This document shows, piece by piece, positions 40,201-49,892 of a DNA stretch of 64,000 nt. Below the pieces are notes generated by a model, which saw nothing but the letters and a program-made list of their open reading frames with translations, searched no databases and was not told where the DNA came from. The translations under genes were made by a program, and so were the position numbers. The stretch comes from Octopus vulgaris (lineage: Eukaryota): positions 86,490,001 through 86,554,000 of the forward strand of contig OX597822.1 of the NCBI GenBank assembly GCA_951406725.2, given 5' to 3'. Positions within the stretch are counted from its first letter, which is position 1, and each line of letters begins with the position of its first letter.

Positions 40201-41200
40201 TACCATCGTCACAGACCCGTGAGTACATAGTAATTTTTTTTCCTGCTTTATATATATATATATATTACATTGATCTCGCATTTCATACGTTCAAACATAT
40301 TCTACCTCCTACAAAAGTGATCCGAGAAGGAGATCAACATTCTCATAAACGCATGGTTCTGTCTTTCCCAAACTAAAGACAGACGCTTTGTAACTGAATT
40401 ATTTTGCCAAAGGAATATTCAAACTGTTCGACAACCGATCGAAGAAGCAGATGCAGAATAAATCCAAGCATATTCGTCGTCACTCGTTTAATTTTGAGAT
40501 GCTTCGACATGTATTTTCTCCAACTACCCTTCAACAAGAACAGAAACTGCTGCGGTCACTCCTCAATCCTCACCCAATTAATGACCCTTTAAATTCAACA
40601 ATCAGCAGTCCTTCATATTCTTCATTCCTTCTCCACAATTGACCCATCATCATTGCCATCTTTCTCTAACTGCAGCCACCACAACTACGATATCAACCAC
40701 CATGGTTGCTCCTCTAGACTAGCGCAAGTGTCTCTTTACGGCTGTGCAATAACAGAACACATCACTAGGATTTGAGAATCTGTATCACCCCGAATATGGT
40801 TCAGGTCTCTCTTTGAGGACGACAGAGCACGCCAAGAGTCGAAGTGACATACGTAGGGGGTGGGGAGTGAAAGAAACCGTTTAAAAAGGGAAAAAGTCAT
40901 GGATGCGACACTTATGAATGTCGGTGTTTATACATTATTTTTGTATTTTGTAATTTCTTGTTTATTTATTGTTTAATTTTCGTACATCTCAAAATTCTTC
41001 AGTTTCATTTTTACTCTCTTCCACTTTTCTATTGCACTTCTACTACACGGTGGCCTGGTTGGATTTTAACATTGGTGGCCTGTTTGGGGGCAGTGGGGGG
41101 TAAAATAAAATAAAAATGTTTTAGGCCATGCGGCGAGTGACCAACAGATCAGCATAGTTAAATGATTTTGTTACGTCCTACCAGCCTCCGTTCTCCTGTC
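37300..41200. promoter_or_regulatory. CpG-retaining region, candidate promoter/first exon zone
   Basis: CG dinucleotides are visibly more frequent than in the flanks (judged by eye). Consensus donor ACG|GTGAGT at 37336. Confidence 0.4.
38195..38525 (+). mobile_element. 3' fragment of the CRE-like retrotransposon
   Basis: Colinear with 45450-45790 (aatgggagg.tcactgcttc, gcttagctgttc, cctcgccatccaccc, cttcagtaggt). Confidence 0.7.
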
Positions 41201-42046
41201 CCACCTCCTCTGCCACATTCTAGGTGAGTTAACTCGTATCCCCTATCTCTCCCCTACCCCTTCTATCGTCAGATTCAGTCTGAATTAGTCCTGCTCACCT
41301 CTTTATTCACCTCACAACTCCCGTAACAGCCTCCTGCCCCTCTCCTCCCGAACCCTCCCTCCAGTATTAATGTTCTTAATTCATCCCCTACTTCCCCTCA
41401 TTCACCCCACCCTTCCCGTAACAGTCAGCCTGCTGCCATCGCCTCCTGCCTTTCCTCAGCCGAACCCCACCGCCAGTATTAATTCTCTTTATTCATCCCC
41501 CTACCTCCCCTTACTCACTCCACCCTTCCTGTAATACCAGCCTGCTACTCTCACCTCCTGCACTCCACCCCGAGTCAAGCGCCAATCTTCTCCCACTGCC
41601 ATCCTCTCTGAATTCTACTTCTGATGCTACCCGTTCACCCCTCAAGCTGTGTTCTCTGCACCTGTACATGTAGCTATTTGAAGACCATCAAGTGCCACTT
41701 GTGTAGTTACCACAGGAGCTGCGTTGGCATAACTAAGGTTCAAGCTGAATTTTTTTCACACTGGACATGCAACCAATGCCATTTCAGCTCCAACATACTT
41801 TGTAGGGCAGAACCTTGCACTGAAATTCAGATCCCTATTGAGGAATATGCCCCTGCCTACCAGGGCTTGTCCAAGTTGAAGCTCATCAATCAGATCCCTA
41901 AAGGAGCTTGGACTTGTTTTGCCTGTGTTCTTAAAGAATGTTTGCTTATCCAACAACACCTCGGATTGACAGAAACTGCTCATTCCCTCTCGTCTCTCTC
42001 CACATGACAAACGTGAGTACTGGATCCCTTGCATCTTCCCTTAAAC

Positions 42047-44180
42047 CAGGGATTGGCAAACCAGAGTAAATTAACCTAAGTGGGGGTAAAAGCGAGAACT
42101 CATCAGTCATAAGTAAAGTTATATAAAAACTGTGTTCCTTTGTACAACAGAAATTTTTCTTCTGGCAACACTGCTTCTGTCCAGTGTAATAAACATGTTT
42201 AGAAGACTTTTTTGGATGTCAGCTGCTGCAAAGGCTTTCAAAGTTGCACATGAGGAGACAGTCAGAAAGTTGCTTCCTTTTGCAACAACCTGCTTTTGTG
42301 AACAAGGATTTTCCATTTTAATTCATCATCATCGTTAAACGTCCGTTCTCCATGCTAGCATGGGTTGGACGGTTTGACCGGGGATCTGGGAAGCCAGAAG
42401 GCTGCACCAGGCTCCAGTCTGATCTGGCAGTGTTTCTACAGCTGGATGCCCTTCCTAACATCAACCACTCCGTGAGTGTAGTGGGTACTTTTTACGTGCC
42501 AGTCGAGGCTGGCAACAGCCACGATCGGATTGGTGCTTTTTACGTGCCACCGGCACGGAAGCCAGTCAAGGAGGCGCTGGCATCAGCCACATTCGGATGG
42601 TGCTTTTTACGTTCCACCGGCACAGGGGTCACAACTACAGTTTCCATTGATTTTTGATGTTGGTGTACTTGACTCAATAGATCTCCTCAAGCACAGGGTC
42701 GAAACGGTGTTTCTTTACTTGCCACCCGCACAGTAGTCAGTCCAGCGGCACTGGCAACTGCCGGGTGCCAGTCATAGGATTGGTTCAATTGCGATTCCGA
42801 TTTCACTTGCCCCAACAGGTCTTCACAAGCAGAGTTTAGTGTCCACTGAAGGGAGGTTGGCATGGGTGCCAGTCGTCGGATGAGGTTCGATTTTGACTTC
42901 ACTTGCCTCAACAGGTATTTGCGTGTCCAAGGAAGGAAAGGAATGCATAAGTGGGCTGGCTACATCCCTGGCAAGGGACATGGGATGGACTCACTTATCC
43001 TGCTGGGTCTTCTCACGCACAGCATATTTCCAAAGGTCTCGGTCACTAGTCATTGCCTCGGTGAGGCCTAAAGTTCGAAGGTCGTGCTTCACCACCTCGT
43101 CCCAGGTTTTCCTGGGTCTACCTCTTCCACGGGTTCCCTCAACCGCTAGGGATTGGCACTTTTTCACACACCTATCTTCATCCATTCTCGCCACATGACC
43201 ATACCAGCGCAATCGTCTCTCTTACTCACCACAGCTGATGCTTCTTAGGTCCAACTTTACTCTCAAGGTACTTACACTCTGTCGACTATGTACACTGATT
43301 TTACACATCCATCAGAGCATACTGGCTTCATTCCTTGTGAGCTTATGCATGTCCTCAGCAGTCACGGCCTATGTTTCACTGCCATGTAGCATGGCTGTTC
43401 ATACACATGCATCATACAATCTGCCTTTTACTCTGAGCGAGAGGCCTTTAGTCACCAGCAGAGGTAAGAGCTCCCTGAACTTTGCCCAGGTTATTCATAC
43501 TCTAGCAGTTACACTTTCAGCACACCCACCCCTGCTACTGACTTGGTCACCTAGGTAACGGAAGCTATCAACTACTTCTAGTTTTTTCCCCTGGAAAGTG
43601 ACAGAAGTTGTTTTCTGCAGATTTTCAGTGTTTATTGCTCCTGAGCATCTGCCACATACAAAAACTATCTTCCCAGTTAGCCTTCCTTTGACATTGCTGC
43701 CCCTCTTATGTGTCCATAGCTTACACTGGGCACATCTTATAGAGTTTCTACCTACGCCTTTCCTACAGATCAAGCAGGGCCATCTTCCTGGAGGCGTTTG
43801 TGGTTTGTCTACCTTCCTACTTATTTAATTAAACCAGAGAAATCAATTGGACTCCAAAAAACTGCATTCCAATTGCTCTGGCATCAAAATGCCCCAATTT
43901 TGATGTAATTCCAACAAAAAGATAACATCATTTCTCCAAAACCTAAGGTGGAAAAGTTTGTAGAAAAATCCTTTTGTTACATAATGAGGATATTAATGTA
44001 TTTTATCACATTTGTTTTATACTTTTTATATTTATAATTGTATTCTCCATATAAATAGATTTAAAGAACCTTTTGAATTCAAAGAATCTATGATTTTCTT
44101 CCTTTCAATTCAAGGGGGGTAATGTTGATACAAATAAATATATTTTGGGGGAATTGCTTAAAAAAGTTCCCTGACCCCTG
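42047..44180 (+). mobile_element. hAT (Buster/Charlie-like) deletion derivative
   Basis: 8-bp TSD CCTTAAAC at 42039-42046 and 44181-44188. TIRs CAGGGATTGGCAAAC / GTTCCCTGACCCCTG. LLPFATTCFCEQGFS is the hAT dimerisation motif. Confidence 0.88.
42324..43823 (-). mobile_element. 5'-truncated RTE-clade LINE
   Basis: LEVVDSFRYLGD; RWYGHVARM...RGRGRPRKTW; (ATG)n tail at 42324; apparent TSD TTTAATT at 42317-42323 and 43824-43830. Confidence 0.9.
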
Positions 44181-46039
44181 CCTTAAACGGCAGCTTGACC
44201 TGTTCAAGCCCACCCCAACTACTGTTCATCTCAGGTCAGTGATCAGCACAACCCTAAACAATGATCAACCACCATTAATTCCAAATTCAGTGACTCTGAC
44301 ATTAAAGGAGCTATTCACCTCCTCTCTGTCTTCACTCACCTCAGTATACTACAAATTCCCTCAATCGATTAAAGGAGAAACATCCTCCAGGTGACTACAT
44401 ACACGAGCCTGACTCACCATCTTCACATCAGATTGTAAACATGTTTACAGACTCCTTCCCCATTTTCACAGTTCCTCCTTCATCAGCATGGTGCTCTCTT
44501 GGAGCCTCAATTACCAACCAAGCTTTCAAATCCATCTTTCAATCCAAGATGGCTAACCTTGAACAACTTTTAAAAGAGGTAATTGGGCCCCACCAAGGTT
44601 TATTTTTATACTTAGGAATTACGTGTTGATTCCCAAGTTATTGTATTTTCTCAGAGTTGGTCCCTCTTATAAATTCTCATCTCTCCAATACTTTGATGAC
44701 CTAATCTTCAAGAAACTTATCAATGTCAGACTCTCTCCAGAGTCCTTTAATCAGGCTGCTTTGCCCAAACAGATTTTGAGTTTAGGTCTATGAAAGTGTT
44801 CATCTTTATCTCTTCCCTGTTTTCTTTCCTCCATCCACATTTGCTTCCCTTTGGATGATAACATCCTCTCCTCTTCAACATGGATGAGTTCTAATAGAGA
44901 TGGATGAAGCTCTGTTACAATGGAGAGAGCTGGGTTTGTCAGTTTCTGTTACTGTTGAGGATAGATGGAAGCAGAGAGTACAGGTCAATCTGCACTCAGG
45001 TGCCACTTTCAAGTCTCTTCTTGACCAACCTGATCAATTTTCAAGCTGTCGCCTTCTTTCTGCTCATGCAAAATTCTTGGGGGACTGGATTGATACCATG
45101 CCTTTGGCCAACATTGGAGGTCTGCTCAGTCTAGATGAGCTCTGTATCTTCATTGTACTCAGAGTGGGAGCTGACATCTGTAGGGGACTGAGATGTTGCT
45201 GTCTTAGGCCCCTTAACACCACAGATCTTCAGGTCTGCCATGCCACTTAAATGCTGGTCGTTTCACTCATCTCATCAATCAGGCCCTGGCCTAGGTTAAT
45301 ATCCCCTCGGTTCTGGAGCCAGCAGGATTATCCAGAAGTGATGGGAAGAGACCAGATGGTCTTAACCTCTGTCCCTGGGTAAGAGGTAGGTGCCTCATCT
45401 GGAATTCCACAGTCTGTGACTCTTTTGCTCCCTCCCACATTCCAGATGCTGCAACAAATGGGAGGATCACTGCTTCTGTAGCTGAATTGAATGAGACCCT
45501 GATGTATTCAGGCTTGTCAGTGAACTATCTCTTCCAACCTGTGGCGTTTGAAACATTTGGAGGGACTGGGTCACTAACAGTGAAGTTCTTGTCATCATTG
45601 GCCTTACCAAGCTGTTCCTATTCTACCTTACCAAGCTGTCAGGTGATGCCTGTGAGGGTGCTTAGCTGTTCTCAATGCCTTAGCCTCGCCATCCACCCAT
45701 GTTAATGCTACAAGTGAGTTGGCATACTTCAGTAGGTAGAGTTGAACCTGGTGGTGTGCAACCAATTGGGGCATTTGGTGTTGCACTTATGTTTTTTTTT
45801 CTTTCTCTTTTTTATCTTTCTTTTGTAAAATATATTCCGTTTCACTGAATTATTACAAATTGTAGCAATTATTTGGTACCTCCTGACACTGGTGTCAGCC
45901 TGTCAGATGTTGCAGATAGAAAAACAGTCAATAATTTCTTTTGATAGATGAAGGTTGTTTTTAGATTTTAATTTTTAAAATGCAAATTACAGATGTTTCA
46001 GAATGTGGAATGCAATAAAATTAAGTATATATATATATC

Positions 46040-46266
46040 TCTTTTACTTGTTTCAGTCATTTGACTGCGGCCATGCTGGAGCACCGCCTTTAGTTGAGCA
46101 AATCGACCCCGGGACTTATTCTTTGTAAGCCCAGTACTTATTCTATCGGTCTCTTTTGCCGAACCGCTAAGTGACGTAAACACACCAGCATCAGTTGTCA
46201 AGCAATGCTAGGGGGACAAACACAAACACACACATACATATCTATATATATATATATATATATATA
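46040..46266 (-). mobile_element. 3' half of a SINE split by the PLE complex
   Basis: Reverse complement matches 14830-15035; ends in the internal (TA)n. Confidence 0.85.
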
Positions 46267-46324
46267 GAACATTATTGGTGAATTGAAGAAATGGAGCTGA
46301 ACGCAGATTGAACAGAAATCGTTT

Positions 46325-46418
46325 TATTTCATTCTACACGTGTTTCGAAAGGCACAAATTACCAAAATCCGATGGAATAATGGGACCATATTGTGTCTTT
46401 CTCTTCAGGAAGAAAATA
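46325..46418 (-). ncRNA. Type I hammerhead ribozyme, copy A
   Basis: Exact reverse complement of 54832-54925. Confidence 0.8.
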
Positions 46419-47005
46419 GGAAATCCGTTGGAAAAACAAAAACAGAACAGAGGCGGAGCAAAAACAAATCGAACTATGCTCCTAAGAGCCCATGGCAAAA
46501 CTGTTTATCAGTGTATGTTGAGAACCGGTGGCTGAAGAATTCAACGGGTCAGGCATCGGTCAATCATGTGGGTGAGGGTGCGTAGATGTTCTTTGTGACC
46601 GAGAATAAAGTTCTGACTATTTAAGGAATATTGGATGTTTTATAAGGGGCGAGAAAAAATCTACTTAGAGACGTGTGTGTGTGTATACTGTTCTATATAT
46701 GTGTGTGTTGGCGTAGGGGTAGAAAACATTTTTTGTGTACGTGTGTGCGTTTGATCGTTCGGCTGTCAGTGGCTACTGCCGTGATAACCGTTGGGTGGCA
46801 GAAAAAAAATATATATATATCATGTTTTATGTGTGTGTGTGTTCATCTAAGCCTGCCTTGTCAAGGAAACCCCCCGCTGTGAAAAAACCAAGCCCCGTTT
46901 GTCTTACAGGAGTAATTCCCCTTGCAGTGGTTAATCGTAGATATCTTAAAGGCTATTTCAGAATTTGTTACCAAGGGCTATGGGTGCCGGTATTATTTAT
47001 AAACG

Positions 47006-49693
47006 CTATTTAAAAGCCAGATAAGTGTAACGCCGCCAATGGGGGCATCGAAAAGCCGACTGTAAAAGCCCGTTTACCATCCGGCCTCTGGCAAACAAAA
47101 TATGGAAGAGTTCGGAGACACAAAGGTTGCACTGCCTTCTGCCCCTATCAAATGGGAGGGCCACCGACAAAATTGACCATTCCAGCCTGTAGCTTAAGTT
47201 CGTATCCTTCAGTCGCCATATTAGCTTACTGAGTCCCATGGTCTGGCGCTTGTTCATGTCCCGAAAAGTTGCGTAATGGTTGGAGACACGCAAAGACAAT
47301 CTTGAGGATGAGGCCCCTACATAAGTGAAGACATCTGAGTCCGTGTAAACCTTGCATTGGTAGACGGCGTTTTTGATCTTGGAGTTCGCCGACGTGAATC
47401 TAATTCTGCTAGGATTAGTTTCTGAAATTAGAACTGCGTTCCTGTCACTATATTCGTTCCGAGACCTGCAGCCGCTTACTACTCTATTTTCCACTACGTC
47501 ACTATTAACTATAGGAATAACCCCTGATTCTCCACTATCTATCAAAGTGCTGTCATTGCTACTGCCCGTGGTGCTGCTATTGCGGGAAATGATGCTGGGG
47601 ATGCTATTGGGGCTCTCTACCCTACTCCCATTGTTACCGTCAACCACAACACCCCTATTTATAACTATACCCCTAGTGGGTACTCCCTGGCTGGAGCTGA
47701 GATTATGTGTCACTGTACTGGCTCTCATATCATTATTACTACTATAATTATTCCTACTGAGCATTAAACCGGGAGCGGAAGAGGCTGTGCCTCCGGAAAA
47801 AGGTGATAGGGTCTTAGTAAGTAGCCTATTATTATGGGAGGCGATTATCTGGGCGAGGTTTTTAGTGTTGGAGAAAGCTATCCTAACTTTATGCGAGTTA
47901 ACCGTGGAGTAATATTTGGAATTTCTGGGGAAGTTATTGGCGATGGCTTGTCTAAACATGAGGGGGAGGTTAGTTCTAATCTGCTTACCAAAGGGGATTA
48001 CAAACCATATATGCTTATTCCTATCAGTGTGATGGGTCGGGACGCCAGCTCTCGCATTCGGGTGGGTGATTCTCGGATGAATAACGGGTCTTGGGTTAGT
48101 GTAAGACCTCCCGGACCGATAATTATCCTTGTTCGCTAAATTAAATGCGGGAGCGACTACCCCGGCATCCACCGCGCTCCCGTCCTTACTTAAAATGTTA
48201 ATGTTATTATATACGGCCCTATCCTGATGACCGAATGATGGCATCGGAAGGGCCGGATCAATATAAATTACCTTCTGCCTATAACCGGCCTTGGATAGTG
48301 CGGCGTTATAAAATTCCGCTTTCTGCATAAAAATATCGGCACTGGCGGACAAGCCAGACAATCTTAGAGAGATGTTTTTAACCAAATTGTCTGTTACGGT
48401 TTTGGCATGATTTGAGAAGACACTGACATACTTCAAATTAGTGGAAGGCTTATGGTAAGGGCAGTATGAGCCGCTATTAAGGTTAAGTGTAACGTCTAGG
48501 AAATTAGCCTTGGTGAGTTCATTATCAAAAACTATACTCATGCCCATTCTATTAAAAAACCTAGCTAACCTGCTCTTAGTTTTCTGCACTATTCTGTTCG
48601 TGGTGTTTTGCAGGTAAAACAGACAATCGTCACGATACAGGCCGCCCGCGATCTCCGGGAATTGGTCGGACAATTCGTAGAGAATATATATTCCGACCAA
48701 ATCGGCTATCTGCGCACTATCCGAACTACCCATAGGCACTTCAAATTCATTGGGAGTATCTTTACGGATCCACAACTTATTATCAAACTTAATAAACGAT
48801 TTCCTGGCAACTAAAATGATATCTATCTCTTCTCTGGTGAGGCCAGCCTTGTTGTGAGCATGCCAGAGGGCCTTATTTAGCACACTAGGGTTAATCGAGG
48901 GGTAGAAGCTGGCGATATCAAACTGAATGAACCTAGTACGGTTCTTATTGGGGATGGAAGAGAACCACTTCACTACCTGCGAGGAGTTGGCCCAGAGGCT
49001 GAGCTTCAGCTTGTTTACTAAACTAGGGATATATTTATCTAAAATGTACTTACTGATTATCCCGATATCAGATCTAGCAGGGCATATGAGTCTTAGCGCT
49101 GGGTTGGTGTGGAAGTTCGGTTTATGGTCCTTCACTATAAATCTGGGTTGCTTAGGGCTAAGCGGCTGAGTTCTCATTTGAATTCGGTGTTTAAATATTA
49201 TTTCCTTAATTTCCAAGTTTACCTTCCTCAGGGTACTCCAAATGGTTTTTCTATAATTTTTCTTGATCTCTTTACCGAGTAAATCTACGTACTGCTTAAT
49301 GGGCATCTTGTATGTGTTCCTGGTCTTGTCGGACTGGACCAGGACTCCGTCCGTTCTATTAATGTCCTTGGTAATTTTATCTAGGTATCTGAGGTGGGCA
49401 TTTCTCCTGGGTGACTTCCTGAACTTAATCTTTCTAACTATGTCCCACAAGTCGTCCTCAAACTTCTTCAGTCTTGGGTTAGGTGGCGGCGTATCCAATG
49501 TTTTAAAAAGCCGGCCGTATTCGGACGATGCTGTTGTCCGGTTCGATTTTAGATCTTCGTTCTCGTGGAAGAAAATGAGCCATCTTATCCGGTTTATGAA
49601 TGCGTTGGTTTTACAAACCAACTCCTTAAGGAAGGCATCCTTTGGTGGTATAGGAATATCCTTAAGGGACGCATCAATCTCGAACAACTCCAT
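47006..49693 (-). CDS. PLE polyprotein: reverse transcriptase + C-terminal GIY-YIG endonuclease (895 aa)
   Basis: RT motifs KDHKP..LRLICP, QFDIASFYPSI, PMGS..SAQIADL, YRDD, NFLDVTL, YHKP. EN motifs AVY..YVG, R..NH, CNLC..E, N, CPH. Confidence 0.95.
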   Translation of the reverse strand: MELFEIDASLKDIPIPPKDAFLKELVCKTNAFINRIRWLIFFHENEDLKSNRTTASSEYGRLFKTLDTPPPNPRLKKFEDDLWDIVRKIKFRKSPRRNAHLRYLDKITKDINRTDGVLVQSDKTRNTYKMPIKQYVDLLGKEIKKNYRKTIWSTLRKVNLEIKEIIFKHRIQMRTQPLSPKQPRFIVKDHKPNFHTNPALRLICPARSDIGIISKYILDKYIPSLVNKLKLSLWANSSQVVKWFSSIPNKNRTRFIQFDIASFYPSINPSVLNKALWHAHNKAGLTREEIDIILVARKSFIKFDNKLWIRKDTPNEFEVPMGSSDSAQIADLVGIYILYELSDQFPEIAGGLYRDDCLFYLQNTTNRIVQKTKSRLARFFNRMGMSIVFDNELTKANFLDVTLNLNSGSYCPYHKPSTNLKYVSVFSNHAKTVTDNLVKNISLRLSGLSASADIFMQKAEFYNAALSKAGYRQKVIYIDPALPMPSFGHQDRAVYNNINILSKDGSAVDAGVVAPAFNLANKDNYRSGRSYTNPRPVIHPRITHPNARAGVPTHHTDRNKHIWFVIPFGKQIRTNLPLMFRQAIANNFPRNSKYYSTVNSHKVRIAFSNTKNLAQIIASHNNRLLTKTLSPFSGGTASSAPGLMLSRNNYSSNNDMRASTVTHNLSSSQGVPTRGIVINRGVVVDGNNGSRVESPNSIPSIISRNSSTTGSSNDSTLIDSGESGVIPIVNSDVVENRVVSGCRSRNEYSDRNAVLISETNPSRIRFTSANSKIKNAVYQCKVYTDSDVFTYVGASSSRLSLRVSNHYATFRDMNKRQTMGLSKLIWRLKDTNLSYRLEWSILSVALPFDRGRRQCNLCVSELFHILFARGRMVNGLLQSAFRCPHWRRYTYLAFK

Positions 49694-49892
49694 TATTGGT
49701 ATCGGTTAAAGTAGCAGTTTCTTGACGAAGCAGTATGTATCATGTGAAATAGAAAGATGAATAATCTTGTAGTAGATTAATCAAAAGTTTAACCGATACC
49801 TTAGTAGCAAAAATCACAGCAGTAAAACAGCACGGTTGGAGGTACAACCATATGGTGTTGCAACCGTGCGTTGGTGCGGATAATTGAAATTA

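Larger units (their letters stand above)
41100..45790 (+). mobile_element. Degraded CRE-like non-LTR retrotransposon with restriction-like endonuclease (interrupted by a hAT)
   Basis: N-terminal PHD-like CVLC..CHLC..HRSC..WTCNQC and QIPKGA; C-terminal IPSVLEPAGLSRSDGKRPDGLNLCPWVRGRCLIW and YLFQPVAFETFG. Confidence 0.75.
46267..49892 (-). mobile_element. Penelope-like element, full unit A (3626 bp)
   Basis: Intact RT + GIY-YIG ORF, ~740-nt 3' UTR with hammerhead and ~200-nt leader. The sequence restarts identically at 49893; the 3' end abuts (TA)n. Confidence 0.95.

Noticed and set aside
47006-49693. Naiad/selenoprotein-type or telomerase assignment for the intact ORF
   Set aside because: The endonuclease is C-terminal, there is no in-frame TGA, and no telomerase-specific motifs are seen.
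47373-49709. Plus-strand ORFs of 68-148 aa overlapping the PLE ORF
   Set aside because: Antisense shadows with no recognisable motifs; they recur only because the element is repeated.
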